Origin: Alphaproteobacteria bacterium
GTDB lineage: Bacteria > Pseudomonadota > Alphaproteobacteria > MPNO01 > UBA830
Assembly: GCA_965243135.1 (NCBI GenBank)
Contig: OZ251539.1
Location: forward strand, 2,432,001 to 2,496,000
Direction of reading: 5' to 3'
DNA length: 64,000 bases
The translations under genes and the position numbers were made by a program. Shown piece after piece: positions 1 through 11,777 of this stretch. The notes below the pieces were generated by a model that worked only from the letters and a program-made list of their open reading frames with translations, was not told the origin of the DNA and did no database searches. Every line of letters begins with the position of its first letter. Within the stretch, counting starts at the first letter, position 1.

Positions 1-781
1 CTTGAGGAAACGGTTGGCCTCGGCCATGTCGGCGGCGAGCCTGAGTTCCTGGAGCAGGCGCTTCTGCAGGGCGCCGAACCGCGCCCGCGGGCCTCGGGCG
101 AGCAGGCGGCGACGTGCGCCGAGCTGGCGAAGGGCGCGCCCGACCCGGGTCGGGTTGTCCTTGTCCACCTTGCCGCCGGCCTCGGGCGTGTGAAAATAGT
201 GGCTGCCGCGGTAGAGCGAGCGGAACAGCCCGCACTCGCCGACCGCCTCGCGAAGCGCCTGGAATGGGCGCCTTCCTCGGCGACGAAGAAGGCCGGCTCG
301 CTGGTGGCGTCGTCCATGGTGACGCCCACTGCCGACCGGACACCCACTCGCGGCGCGAGCCGTCCTGGTGCAGCGCGCGCCGCGGCGCGGCCCGCGGGCG
401 GCCATGGGCCTGCAAGGTCAGCCGGACGTAGCTGCGCCGGACGCCATGGCAGGCGGCCGGCTTCTCGTGAAAGTGCTCGGCGTTGAAGTCCCGGGTGTCG
501 AACAATTCCAGAATCTGCGCCACCTCGTCCGCGTCGGCCCGGCGCGCCGAGACCCGGCCCAGGCGACGGTCATACAACCCTCCCTCCGCCTCGTCGCGCC
601 AGCGCCGGAAGGTGCGCTCCGAAACGCCCTCCGCCGCCTCGCCCTAGCTCAGCACCACGGAGGCGACCGTATACCTCGAACTTCCTCAGTCCCTGTCGTT
701 GTTCCGTCCGCCGCCACCTTCTTTGGTCTGGAAGCGTTCTAAGAGGGTACATGGACCGGACATACCATCCGTTACTGACAT
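1..781 (-). mobile_element. Eroded ISNCY-family (HTH + rve) transposase remnant with its left end; runs off the window start
   Basis: Minus-strand patches read RRTEQRQGLRKFEVYGR, GVSERTFRRWRDE, GLYDRRLGRVSARRADADEVAQILELFDTR..HFHEK, VTMDDATSE..FFVAEEG, HYFHTPEAGGKVDKDNPTRVGRALRQLG, DMAEANRFLK, broken by many frameshifts; terminus TGTCAGTAACGGATGGTATGTCCGGT at 780. Confidence 0.8.
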
Positions 782-851
782 GGGGCCGCACGTTACGGCG
801 GCGGCTGGACGCGTTACAATATCCCGGCTTCACGGCAATCGAAAGGTCGGA

Positions 852-1190
852 ATGGGCAGGTCGGAGTTCGCCGTAAACAGGGCCAAGGAAAATCCGTTCG
901 CCGCCGGCGAGCTGAGGACGTATATCGCGACCTCGGCATCGGAAAGGCGACCGGCGGGCGGGTGCACGCTCATGTCACCACGAAGCCCTGTGGGGGGCGG
1001 GCTTCATTATCACGATGTCGAGTTCCAGATGGTGCTGCGCGGGACCTCCACCGTCTGGTTCGAGGGGCAGGGCGAAGTGACTTTCGAGGCCGGAGACTGC
1101 CAGGCCGCCCCCGGCACAACGTTTACTCGGACGATTACGAGGTGCTTGAGATCACGCTTCCCGAGGAAGACAGTGCAACTCGAAGCCTGA
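852..1190 (+). pseudogene. Cupin-domain protein, frameshifted
   Basis: Segments across frames: MGRSEFAVNRAKENPF, YRDLGIGKATGGRVHAHV, LHYHDVEFQMVLRG..WFEGQGEVTFEAGDC, YSDDYEVLEITLPE. Confidence 0.65.
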
Positions 1191-1324
1191 CGCGGGCCGC
1201 CGAAGCGAGACTCTTGCGTCGTTCACGGATTGCGTTTATGCATGCGAGCATGATCTTGAGGAAGGTTCCGAAGATGACTGGAAGCACTGACCGCATAATG
1301 CCCCCCACATGCGCGGTTCCGGAA

Positions 1325-4300
1325 TGATGGCCCGCTCTCCGGAAGCGGCAGGCCGCTCGGGCCGCGCTTCCTTCTCCGGCCCGTCCTCCCGGACGCATGA
1401 CGCGGCGGGAGCGTTCGTTTCCGGCGCGCTGGGCGCCGCGCTGCTCGCGGCGGCGGCGTTGCTGCTGGCGCCGGGGGAGGCGCGGGCGATACAGGAATGC
1501 GGGGCGGCGAGCCTTAACGCCGTCGTCACCTGCTCGGGCGCGTCGTATCCCGACGGCATCTTCTACGGGGGAGTGGACACGGGCAGGTGGCTGCAGGGCA
1601 ACAACCGTATCAACGTCCCGGGCAGCGCCGGCGCGACGACCACGATCACGGCCACGACCGATGGCACGAGCACGCAGTCGGTCGGCGTCTACGGGCGCGG
1701 CGGCACGGGCTCGAACGACTGGGCCCATATCATCATCGGGGGCGAGACGGACGGGACCCCCCACGTCGTGAACATCGTCCAGGGGACGAGCACGAACACC
1801 GACACCGACCGGAACAACGGCGTGTACTTCCGGACGGACGTACAGAGCGTCAACAATTCGGCGGCGACGACGATAGAACTGAGGCGCGGGGTGACCATCG
1901 GCTCGGCGACCGACCCGATGAAGCAGAACGGCCTCTGGGTGGTGCTGGGCGGCTCCGGAGGCCGAGGCTCCGGCCCAGCCACCATCACCAGCGCGGCGCC
2001 GATCTTCGCCGCCAAGAGAGGCATCCTGTTCGCGAGGAACGTCTCGAACATCACCGGGGCGACGACGATCACGAACAACGGCGCCATCAGCTCGGGGGAG
2101 GAGGGCATCTACCTGTGGTACAGCCGGGTCGTCGCGCCCTGGGTGAGCGCCCCCCTGTCCACCCTGAACACCTTCACCGGCGGCGCGACGATCACCAACA
2201 CGGGCGACATCGCGGTGTCGGGCGCGGACAAATACGGCATCGTCATGAACTACCGGGGCATCGGCGCCGCCGAGGTCGACAACGAGGGCGACATCGACGC
2301 GCCGCTGGGGTCGGGCATTCATCTCGTCCACGCCAACGGCGACTCCAGGCTGACGAACAACGGCGCCGCCACGCTGACGAACCGCGGCGCCGTCAGCGCG
2401 GCCACCCTCGGCCTCCGGCTCGAAAAGCACAGCGGCGCCGGCGCGACGACCCTCACCAACAGCGGCGACGTGACGGTGACGGCCGACGCGGCGGCGGGCG
2501 CGGGGCACGCCATCTGGCTGACGGAGAGCGGCAGCGGCGCCGTGACGATCACCAACAGCGGCGATCTCAGATCGAAGAACCACGCCCTCTACGCCGTCAT
2601 GGGCGCGGCGAAGACGGCCGCCCTCGCGCTCACGAACTCCGGCGCCGTCGCGTCGGAGGACGGGGACGGCATCCGGCTCGAGCGGGGCGCCGAGGGCGAC
2701 GTCACGTTCGCGAACGGCGGCACGTCCACGACCAGCGGCGACGTCTCGGGGCGGTGGCACGGCGTCTACGTCGGCAAGGCGGCGCGGATCGACTTCGACC
2801 AGACGGCGGGGACGATTTCGGGCCGCACGGGCGTCTACCTCGGGGTCACGCGCGAAAACGCGATGGGCGATACGCGCAGCGAGGACGCCGACGGGAATCA
2901 CGTGCCCGCGATCGACGTCGACTGGACGGGAGGAAGCATCGCGCGCGGGACGGCGGAGAACGACCGGGGCCGCTTCGCGGCGGCGACCGCCACGGAGGCG
3001 CTCGCCTTCGACCAGGAGGCGGCGGCCGGGAAGGCCCTCGAGGGGACGCTCCACTACGGCGGGCCGGCGGGGATCGAGGTCCACGCCCTATCCTGGCGCG
3101 ACGTGGCGGCGCAGGTGGCCAAGGGCGACGACCCGGGCGCGTTCGCGGACAACGCGGCGCAGATGGCGGCCGTGCCGACGGGCGCCACCACCGCCAACAA
3201 CGCCTACGTGGCGGCGTTCCGGGCGGCGCTGGGCAACGAGGAGATCGCGGTCGCGGCGCCGGTCTTCGCCGCCATCGGGACCACCGCCACGACCGCCGTG
3301 TCCCAACTGACCGACACGCAGATCGTGACGTATCTCCGGACGGACAACGGGGACACGCGAATCCTGCTGCGGAACGTTCTGGCGCAGGGCCTCTCGGACA
3401 AGGAGAAGGCCGTGCTGCAGGCGGTGGCGACGGGCGACGCCACGGCCCTCACCACCGCGCTCGACGACGCGGACGCGGGCTTCCCCAACGACTACAAGGC
3501 GGCGGTGCAGGCCCTGCTGGGCCGCCGCAACCTCGACGACATCCGCATCGCCATGACGGCCGGCGCCATCGACTCGCGCGGCGACGGCATCCGCGCCTAC
3601 TACGCGACGCCCCACGACGACAACGGGGCCATCAGCGTCACCGTGTCCGCCGGCGTGACCGTCAGCGGCGGCATGGCGGGGATCCACGTCGCCAACGCGG
3701 GCGCCACGGGCGCCGAGCGTAAACAGACCGTGACGGTGGACGGCACAGTGACGGGCGGGACGGGCGCGGCCGTTTATCTCGCGGGCGGCGGCACGCTGAC
3801 CGTCGGCGAGATGGGCAAGGCGCGCGCCGGCTCTTCGGGCCGGGCAATCCGGGCCGGCGGGCGGGCGGTCGTTCGCATCGACGGCGAGGTGCGCGGCGGC
3901 CACGGCGCCGCGGTGCCTGCGGTGCATCTGGAGGGCGGCGGCAGCAGGCTGACGGTCGGCCCGACGGGACGCGTGGCGCTCAATGACGGGGCCGCGCTCG
4001 CGATCCAGCGCGACGGCACGGAGACCGAGTTGATCGTGGTCCAGGATCCCGACCTCGCCCTCGAAGGCGGCGGGTTCACGCGGACGAGCGTCGAAGACGC
4101 GATCGAGCGGCTGGGCGGCGCCGTCGGCGGCGAGGGAGACGGCGACATCCACGTCGACGCGGGAGACCCGGGCGATCCAGACTACCCCAGCGGCATAGTT
4201 TTAACTCTCCCTGAGGGCGGAACCGCTCTTAAACCCGATGATTCCGCGTACGGCGAGTTGCCGGCGGCAAGGGACCTGGATCCGGAAAGCGGCGATGTCG

Positions 4301-6456
4301 TGGAGAATTTGAACAAGGAGAACGTGCCCGCCATCAAGGTGATCTCGCGAGACGCCTACAACATCGTCGTCAACGTGCCCGCGGACAGAGGGGTCCGTTC
4401 GACGGGCCACCATGGCATCCAAGCCTACTACGCGACGCTCGGCGAGAACAACGGGTCCATCAGCGTCACCGTCGCCGCTGGCGCGACCGTCGAGGGCGGC
4501 ATGGCGGGGATCTACCTCGCCAACGCGGGCGGCGACGTCACGGTCGAGAGCGCCGGGACCGTCGGGGCGGGAACCGACGGCATCCGGGTCGTCAAGCCGG
4601 GGACCTCGGGCGACATCGCCATCACCGCCGCCGACGGCTCGATCGCCGCGGTCGCCGGCGACGGCATCCGCGCCTACTACGCGACGCCCCACGACGACAA
4701 CGGGGCCATCGAGGTCACCGTGGCCGCGGGAACCAGCGTGACCGGCGGCAGCGCCGGCATCCACGTCGAGAACGCAGGACTGGATGCGGGCGGTCCCGGG
4801 ACGGCCGACGATCTCCTGAAGCAGACCGTCACGGTGAACGGCACGGTGACGGGCGGGACGGACGCGGCCGTGCATCTGGTCGGCGGCGGCACGCTGACCG
4901 TCGGCGAGACGGGCAAGGTGCTTGCCGGCGAAGGTTCTTCGCGTCCGGCGATCCTGGTCAACGATCCCGGACGGTCGGTGATCCGGATCCATGGCGAGGT
5001 CAAGGGCAGCGCGGGCGCGGACGCGGCGGTGGACGTCTCCGGAGGCGGCAGCATCACCGTCGGCCCGACGGGCAGCGTGAACGCGAACGGGGCGAAACGG
5101 GCGATCCTGGTCAGGCAGGGGACGACCGAGGTGGCGATCTACACCGCCGATGCCGCCGGCGCCATGCTGAACAAGAAAGGCATCCTTGACGCCATAGCAA
5201 GGGTGCAGGGAGGCTTCGACACCGGCACGGGCGGAACGATCGTCGACAGGAACGATGACGAGGGCAAGGTGACCTACGCTGTCGCCATCTACGAGACCGA
5301 CGACAATTTCACCACCGGCAGGTATCTGTCCCTGGAGCTCGACGAAATGGGCGAACCAACGACCGTGGGCAACGATATATACGCAGGCCTGGATGATTGT
5401 CCTGACCCCGGGCAGCGATTTGATGAGAACGGCGAATGCGTGACGGTCGGCAACGGCAATGGCAACGTGGACGACAACGGCGATGGCAACGGCGGCAACG
5501 TGGGTGTCCCTGTCGATTGCGCCCGTATGGGCGAGAGCTGCCGCCTCTACGAGGCGCTGCCGTCGGCGCTGCTGGCGATGAACGGGCTGCCGACCTACGG
5601 GGAGCGCATGGCGGCGGCGCGGGACGGCAACGGCGGCTGGGCGCGAATCGACGGCGCGAGCGGCGAGTGGAAGGGGAAGAGCTCGACGCCCTCGACGCCG
5701 CCGGACGCGGCCTTCGACTACCGACGGTACGGCGTGCGGGCGGGGGTGGACTTCGCCGTGGGCAACGACGGGCGGTTCGGCGTGTCGGTGCGCGGGCTGC
5801 AGGGCTCTGCGGAGATTGCGGGGGCCGGCGGCGAGATCGAGCTGTCGGGGGTCGGCGCGGGCGCGCACGGCACGGCGTTCCTCGGCGGCGGCTTCCACGT
5901 GGACGCGCAGGCGATGGCGACCTGGTACGACGTCAAGCTGACCGCCAGCCAAAGGGACATACAGGGCGAGATGCGGAAGAGGGTTCTGAAGGACGGCGCG
6001 AAGGCTCTGGGGCTGGCCCTCCGCGTCGAGGTCGGGCGGCGGACGGACATGGGCGGCGGTCTGACCGTGACGCCCGGCGCCGGCCTCTCCTGGTCCGAGG
6101 TGGACATGAGCTTCGCGCGAAGCGCCAACGAGCGCGTGTCGGTGGAGGACGCGCGGAGCCTCGTGGGCCGCGCCGGGCTGCGCGTCGAGATGGAGGCCGG
6201 CTTCCGGCTGTTCGGCTCGGTGGAGGCGACGCATGAGTTCTCGGACAGGAGGTCGGCGCGGATCTCGGGTAAGCAGGTGGCATCGACGCCGCTGAGCGCG
6301 ACCGAGGCGGAGAAGACGGGGTTCCGCCTCGGGGCCGGCGGCGCGCGCAGCTGGGAGGACGGGCGCTACGCGCTGCGCGCCTCCGCCGGATACGCCGCCC
6401 GCGGCATCGGCAACGGCGAATTCGACGGCGGAATCAGCCTCGCGATGCGCTTCTGA
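1325..6456 (+). CDS. Large autotransporter (type Va), Gly/Thr/Asn-rich beta-helical passenger plus C-terminal beta-barrel; start uncertain (1309-1397)
   Basis: Signal-like LLAAAALLLAPGEARA, repeated TITNxG motifs, RLYEALPSALLAMNG linker, amphipathic beta-strands, terminal GGISLAMRF. Confidence 0.9.
3579..4930 (+). repeat. Intragenic repeats in the autotransporter (GDGIRAYYATPHDDNGAI module x3; KQTVTVxGTVTGGTxAAVxLxGGGTLTVGE x2)
   Basis: 55 bp identical at 3579-3633 and 4656-4710; diverged third copy at ~4414-4530; second module at ~3721-3810 and ~4819-4908. Confidence 0.9.
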
Positions 6457-6797
6457 AACCGCGGCGGGCCCGCCTCGTTTTGCGCGGACCGGGCGAAAGT
6501 TCGCGGTCCGACGAAAACGAAAGAATTCGCAGCCGGAAACCCGGGAGGCGGGCGACGCCGCCCGGGAAGCGGCGGAGGACGCGGATATTCCGTCGACGGC
6601 GACCGAATTCCAGCGACCGGGGCCGGCGCGACGAAACGAGACGGGCCGCCGGACAGGGCCGAAGTTCGGCAGGGAAGGCCCGGCGAAGCAGGGCCTCGGC
6701 GTTCGTTTCGGGGGCCAGCTACCTGTTGCGGTTCCGTCGCCGACAAGGCGGCGGGCGGGATCCTTGTCTTCTACGTCGAGTTCCAGGGGCTGCAGTT

Positions 6798-6936
6798 CGC
6801 CGCCTCGCCCTGCTCAGCACCACGGGTGCGACACCTCCTTCCTCGATCCCTGTCGCCGTTCCGTCCACCGCCGCCTCCTTGGTCTGGAAGCGTTCAAAGA
6901 GATCAATGGACCGGACATATCATCCGTTGCTGACAT
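6798..6936 (-). mobile_element. Second copy of the ISNCY left end (internally deleted remnant)
   Basis: Aligns by eye with 632-781 (CGCCGCCTCGCCCT..GGTCTGGAAGCGTTC..GGACCGGACATAxCATCCGTTxCTGACAT). Confidence 0.8.
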
Positions 6937-7007
6937 CCGGGGACGCGACGTTGCCGGACGGCGAATTTGCGCTATCATCGCCCGAACGCTGGAGAAAGAC
7001 GACCGTT

Positions 7008-7703
7008 ATGCGGGACTTCGAGGATCATTGCTGGCGCGACGTCGTTTCGCCGGAAACGCTCAAGGTCTACGAGCCCTATCGCCGGGAGGTGTTCGTCGGA
7101 CCCCGCGCCGCGCTGCTGGCCATCGACCTCTACAACTTCGTCTACCGCGGCGACCCCGCGAAGTATCCCCACGAACTGGTCGACCGTTATCCGAACGCAT
7201 GCGGCAAGTACGCCTGGGACGCCGTCGAACCGACCAAGCGGCTGTTCGCCGCCTGCCGGGCGGCGGACTTGCCGATTCTCTACGTCACCGGATCGGTGCG
7301 GAAAGGCCGGGTGCGCTCCACCAACAGGCAGACCGGATACGACGTCGGCGACGAGATGATGGACATACATCCAGCCTTCGCCCCGCAGGACGGAGACATC
7401 GTCATCCGCAAGGAACGCGCGAGCGCTTTCCACTCGACGCCGCTGATCGCGCACCTCACCCGGCTCGGCGTCTCGAGCCTCGTCGTGTGCGGCGAGAGCA
7501 CGTCCGGATGCGTCCGCGCCTCGGTCGTGGACGCCTACTCCAACGGCTATCACGTCGCCGTCGCCGAGGAATGCGTGTTCGATCGGTCCGAGCTGTCGCA
7601 CAAGGTGAATCTCTTCGACATGCACCACAAGTACGCCGACGTCATGGCGCTCGACGACATCGTTTCCCATCTGAACCGGAACGCCGCGCTGGCGGCGGAG
7701 TGA
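7008..7703 (+). CDS. Isochorismatase-family cysteine hydrolase (N-carbamoylsarcosine amidase/maleamate amidohydrolase-like)
   Basis: ALLAIDLY, KERASAFHST, GESTSGCVRASVVDAYS; GGAG RBS. Confidence 0.85.
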   Translation: MRDFEDHCWRDVVSPETLKVYEPYRREVFVGPRAALLAIDLYNFVYRGDPAKYPHELVDRYPNACGKYAWDAVEPTKRLFAACRAADLPILYVTGSVRKGRVRSTNRQTGYDVGDEMMDIHPAFAPQDGDIVIRKERASAFHSTPLIAHLTRLGVSSLVVCGESTSGCVRASVVDAYSNGYHVAVAEECVFDRSELSHKVNLFDMHHKYADVMALDDIVSHLNRNAALAAE

Positions 7704-7711
7704 GGAAAAAC

Positions 7712-8251
7712 ATGGAAACCGCGATCGACAGGAACCGGCAGGAGCTGGACGCGTCCCTCGACAGGCACTGCAAGACTTTCGAGACCCGCAATCCGAGCTG
7801 GCGGGTTTGGGGATTCGAAACCAAGGTCGACGAGAAATACGCCCGGTCGCAGCGGCGCTATCTCGGCACGAGCGGCAACGTGACCCATGACGACCCCGAC
7901 GCGCTGATGGGCTCCAGCTTCACGCTCAGCGTGCTCCAGATGCCGCCGGGCAATGCGCAGCCGATGCACCGCCACGACAGCGAGGAAGAAGTCTTCTTCG
8001 TGCTTCAGGGCAACCCGACGGTCGTCTGGGAACGGGAGGGAGAGGTGATCGAACGCCGGCTGGCGCCCTGGGACATGATCTACAACCCGCCGGGCCAGGT
8101 TCACTGCATCCGCAACGACACCGACGAAGACTGCTACTTCCAGGTCATGCTCGGCAACCCGAAGCCCGACCGGCCGCTCTACATGGATCCGGAACTCCGG
8201 CGGCTTCAGACGCTCGACCGCCCCGATTCCGAACTTCGCGGCAATCAGTGA
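7712..8251 (+). CDS. Cupin-domain protein
   Basis: PPGNAQPMHRHDSEEEVFFVLQG...PPGQVHCIRN; GAGG RBS. Confidence 0.85.
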   Translation: METAIDRNRQELDASLDRHCKTFETRNPSWRVWGFETKVDEKYARSQRRYLGTSGNVTHDDPDALMGSSFTLSVLQMPPGNAQPMHRHDSEEEVFFVLQGNPTVVWEREGEVIERRLAPWDMIYNPPGQVHCIRNDTDEDCYFQVMLGNPKPDRPLYMDPELRRLQTLDRPDSELRGNQ

Positions 8252-8285
8252 ACCCGCCCCGGAGTATCGGCGAAAGGGGACGAGC

Positions 8286-9281
8286 GTGTCGAAAAAGCTA
8301 AAGCTCACCCTCGCATGCGGCGACTACGAAATCGTCCGCGCCCTGAAGGAGGGCAGCGTCGCGCCCGACGGCGTCGAGCTCAACGTGCTGACGGGCATGG
8401 ACTCGTCGACGCGGCACTGGCGCATGATCCGGAACCGGGAGTTCGACGTTTGCGAACTTTCCGGCTCCTCCTACCTGATGGCCAAGGATCGCGGCTACCC
8501 GTTCACGGCGATCCCCGTCTTCCTGCATCGCCGCTTCCGGCACGGCTTCGTCTTCGTCAACGCCATGAAGGAAATCGGCAAGCCGCAAGATCTGAACGGC
8601 AGGAAGGTCGGACTCAAGACCTACCAGACGACGGCGACTCTCTATCTTCGAGGGCTGCTCGCCGGCGAGTACGGGGTCGACCTCGCGTCCATCGAATGGG
8701 TCACGGAACTGGAAGAGGAAATACCCTTCGATCCCCCTCCCGGCATCCGTCTCTCGCGCGCCGCGCCGGGAGCCGACGTCTCCGAAATGCTCGCAGATGG
8801 CGAACTCGACGCGCTGCTTCACCCCGACATCGTCGCTCCCGTCCTGCGCCGCGACGACCGCGTGGCGCGGCTGTTCGAGAACTATCGGGCCGAGGAAGAG
8901 GCGTATTTCAGGCGAACCGGGATTTTTCCGATCATGCACGTGACGGCGATTCGGGACGAGATCCTGGACGAGCATCCATGGGTCGCCAGCAATCTGGCGC
9001 GGGCGTTCGAACAGGCGAAGCAGGCCGCCTACCGAAGGATCGCCAATCCGCGCATCGTGCCCCTCGCCTGGTATATGGACGAATGGGAGTCGCAGCGCGC
9101 GCTCATGGGACCGGACCCCTGGGAATACGGACTGACGCCTTCGAACCGAAAGAATTTCGAGAATTTGATCGGTTACTCGAAGGCCGGCGGGCTGATATCG
9201 GAATCCCGAACGATCGATGACTTCTTCGCGGACGTGATGCTCGAAAGCCGCGGCAGGGGCGAGTGGGCGCAGCCCTCCTGA
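8286..9281 (+). CDS. 4,5-dihydroxyphthalate decarboxylase-like / periplasmic-binding-fold protein (no signal peptide)
   Basis: LTLACGDYE, EFDVCELS, IPVFLHRRFRH, GIFPIMH, DPWEYG. Confidence 0.75.
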   Translation: MSKKLKLTLACGDYEIVRALKEGSVAPDGVELNVLTGMDSSTRHWRMIRNREFDVCELSGSSYLMAKDRGYPFTAIPVFLHRRFRHGFVFVNAMKEIGKPQDLNGRKVGLKTYQTTATLYLRGLLAGEYGVDLASIEWVTELEEEIPFDPPPGIRLSRAAPGADVSEMLADGELDALLHPDIVAPVLRRDDRVARLFENYRAEEEAYFRRTGIFPIMHVTAIRDEILDEHPWVASNLARAFEQAKQAAYRRIANPRIVPLAWYMDEWESQRALMGPDPWEYGLTPSNRKNFENLIGYSKAGGLISESRTIDDFFADVMLESRGRGEWAQPS

Positions 9282-9299
9282 CGGGAACGCGAAGTTTCG

Positions 9300-10160
9300 T
9301 CAACGAGGCCTCTGCGTTCCGACGACGGTCGTGCGCCTCAACAACCGACGCTCGTCCTCTGGAAAATCCGTCCGGGCGTGCGTAACGCAGCGATTGTCCC
9401 ACATGACCAGATCGCCCGGCCGCCAGACATGCTCGTAGACGAGCGAACGATCCTCCGATACGTCGAACAGTTCTTCAAGCAACGCGTCGCTCTCCGCAGG
9501 TTCGAGCCCTTCGATCCGCGCCGTCATCAGGCGGTTGACGTAAACCGCCCTGCGGCCCGTTTCCGGGTGAGTCGCGAACACCGGGTGCGCGAAGTTGCCG
9601 ATTTTCGTCAGATCGAGGTCGCTGCCCGGCCGGTCGGTTCTCTTGTAGTCGTGAACGTTGAGCGCCTTGAGGCCGTCGAGCCGGCGGCGCGTCGAAATGG
9701 AGAGATTTTCGTAGGCGCCGTACATGTCGGCGAACAGCGTGTTGCCGCCGGTCGAAGGTAACTCGACCGCGTACAGCAGCGTCGCGGCGTGGGGAACCTC
9801 GACGTAACACATGTCGCTGTGAAACCACATCTCGCCGTCGTGCGGAAGGCCGAGCGGCTTGCCGTCCACCCTGACGTTGGAAACGATCATGACTTCGGGC
9901 GGCAAATCCCTGACGATGTCCCGCGCCGCCTGCGCCGGCATTCGCGGGCGCCCGGGTTCGCCGAGTCGCGCAGTGAAATCGACCTGCTGCCGGGGCGACA
10001 GATCCTGATCGCGAAACACCAGCACCTGCCGACGGTGCCAAGCGTCAAGGATATCCTCTACCGCTCCGCGATCGAGCCTTTCGCGAAGATCGAGACCCCT
10101 GATTTCCGCGCCGAGCGGAGCGTCCAGGTCGCGGATGTCCAAGCTGAGTTTCGTCGCCAT
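9300..10160 (-). CDS. TauD/TfdA-family Fe(II)/2-oxoglutarate dioxygenase
   Basis: [39 protein letters not shown]. Confidence 0.9.
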   Translation of the reverse strand: MATKLSLDIRDLDAPLGAEIRGLDLRERLDRGAVEDILDAWHRRQVLVFRDQDLSPRQQVDFTARLGEPGRPRMPAQAARDIVRDLPPEVMIVSNVRVDGKPLGLPHDGEMWFHSDMCYVEVPHAATLLYAVELPSTGGNTLFADMYGAYENLSISTRRRLDGLKALNVHDYKRTDRPGSDLDLTKIGNFAHPVFATHPETGRRAVYVNRLMTARIEGLEPAESDALLEELFDVSEDRSLVYEHVWRPGDLVMWDNRCVTHARTDFPEDERRLLRRTTVVGTQRPR

Positions 10161-10364
10161 GTCGCCTCCAGTATCGCAGCCGGAGCGGCCGCGCCGCGCA
10201 AAGGCAGTTTACTGCCCCCGTGCGGCCAACGCCATTTTTTTGACCTCCTCCCGAACCGAACCGCGCAGAGCAGGCCGGCGCGAACCGCCCGGCGGCGCCG
10301 GTTCGCCGCGAGCCGAGGGTGCCGGACGGACGGCAGCGCCGCTTCCCGGGACCATTCTTTATCG

Positions 10365-10393
10365 TTGGCCAGCCCTTCGCGAGCGTCTATCTT
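10365..10393 (+). promoter_or_regulatory. Possible sigma70 promoter for cysS (short or leaderless transcript)
   Basis: TTGGCC-N17-TATCTT, 10 nt before the ATG; no obvious RBS. Confidence 0.3.
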
Positions 10394-10403
10394 GCGTCTC
10401 GCG

Positions 10404-11777
10404 ATGGCGCTTCATCTCTACAATACCCTCGGACGGGCCAGGCAAGAGTTCGTTCCCGCCGACCCCGGTCGCGTCACGATGTATGTCTGCGGCCCGACGG
10501 TCTATTCCTATGCCCATATCGGCAACGCGCGGCCGGCCGTCGTATTCGATGCGCTGGCGCGCCTGCTGCGCCACCGGTGGCCAAACGTCGTCTACGCCCG
10601 CAACATCACCGACATCGACGACAAGATAAACGCCGCGGCGATGGAACAGGGAGTCGCGATCGACGCGATCGCCAACCGGTTCGAAGAGATCTATCGCGAG
10701 GACATGGCGTCCATCGGCGTCGCCCCGCCCGACGTCGAGCCGCGCGCGACCGAACACGTCCCCGAAATGATCGCCATGGTGGAGAAACTCGTTGCGAACG
10801 ATTTCGCATACGAAGCGGAGGGCCACGTGTTGTTCCACGTGCCGCGGTTCGACGCTTACGGCCGGCTTTCCGGACGCAACCGCGAGGAGATGATCGCCGG
10901 TGCCCGCGTCGAGGTGGCTCCCTACAAGCGAGACCCGGCCGACTTCGTGCTGTGGAAGCCGTCAGCGTCCGAACAGCCCGGCTGGGACAGCCCGTGGGGC
11001 CGCGGACGCCCCGGATGGCATCTCGAATGCTCCTGCATGATCGAAAAGCATCTCGGCCCGACGATCGACATCCATGCCGGCGGGGCCGACCTCGTCTTCC
11101 CTCATCACGAAAACGAGATCGCGCAATCCGTCAGCGCGCACGGCGGCAAGACGTTCGCACGCTTCTGGCTGCACAACGGCTTCGTGAACGTCGACAAGGA
11201 AAAGATGGCGAAGTCGGTCGGCAACGTTCTGCTCGTGCGCGACCTGCTGAAACGCGCCCCCGGCGAGGCGATCCGGCTCGCGCTTCTCAGCGCCCATTAC
11301 CGCAAGCCTCTCAACTGGACGGAAGAGGCGCTCGTACAGGCCAAACGGATGCTCGACCGCCTGTACGGCGCGTTGCGAAAACTCTCCGACATCGACGCCG
11401 AAACGGAGGTCGACGCCGAATTCCTCGCCGCTCTCGAGGACGACCTCAATACGCCCGGCGCTCTGGCCGCGCTTTTCGAAATCGCCCGGCAAGCGAACGC
11501 GGCGACCGCGACGGCCGATCGAAGGCGCATCAAGGGAAAGCTGCTCGCTTCGGGCGCATTGCTGGGTCTTCTCGAGAGCGACCCCGAAGAGTGGTTCGTG
11601 GGCAGCAGCGACGATGTCGCCGATATCGAAGACCTGATGCGCGCGCGCGCGGATGCGCGCGCCGCGAAAAACTATGCGGAAGCGGACCGGATCCGGGACG
11701 AACTCGCTGCGCGGGGAATCGCTCTCGAAGATGGACCTGGAGGCACCATATGGCGCAGGGCAAGCGAAAATTCCTGA
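10404..11777 (+). CDS. cysS: Cysteine--tRNA ligase
   Basis: [43 protein letters not shown]. Confidence 0.97.
   Translation: MALHLYNTLGRARQEFVPADPGRVTMYVCGPTVYSYAHIGNARPAVVFDALARLLRHRWPNVVYARNITDIDDKINAAAMEQGVAIDAIANRFEEIYREDMASIGVAPPDVEPRATEHVPEMIAMVEKLVANDFAYEAEGHVLFHVPRFDAYGRLSGRNREEMIAGARVEVAPYKRDPADFVLWKPSASEQPGWDSPWGRGRPGWHLECSCMIEKHLGPTIDIHAGGADLVFPHHENEIAQSVSAHGGKTFARFWLHNGFVNVDKEKMAKSVGNVLLVRDLLKRAPGEAIRLALLSAHYRKPLNWTEEALVQAKRMLDRLYGALRKLSDIDAETEVDAEFLAALEDDLNTPGALAALFEIARQANAATATADRRRIKGKLLASGALLGLLESDPEEWFVGSSDDVADIEDLMRARADARAAKNYAEADRIRDELAARGIALEDGPGGTIWRRASENS

Noticed and set aside
3579-4710. Repeat pair as a DGR template/variable repeat
   Set aside because: Copies are identical or differ without adenine bias; no reverse transcriptase in the window.
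1135-6234. Long antisense and alternate-frame ORFs (649, 711, 677 aa; similar ones at 14054, 32324, 55923)
   Set aside because: Shadows of real genes caused by high-GC codon bias; Arg/Gly/Pro-rich with no motifs.
6480-7007. N-terminal ORF extensions in the track (6480, 6764, 9789, 18508, 32057, 38711, 42319, 53052)
   Set aside because: Better downstream starts match family N-termini and mostly have an RBS; the extensions run through spacers or other genes.
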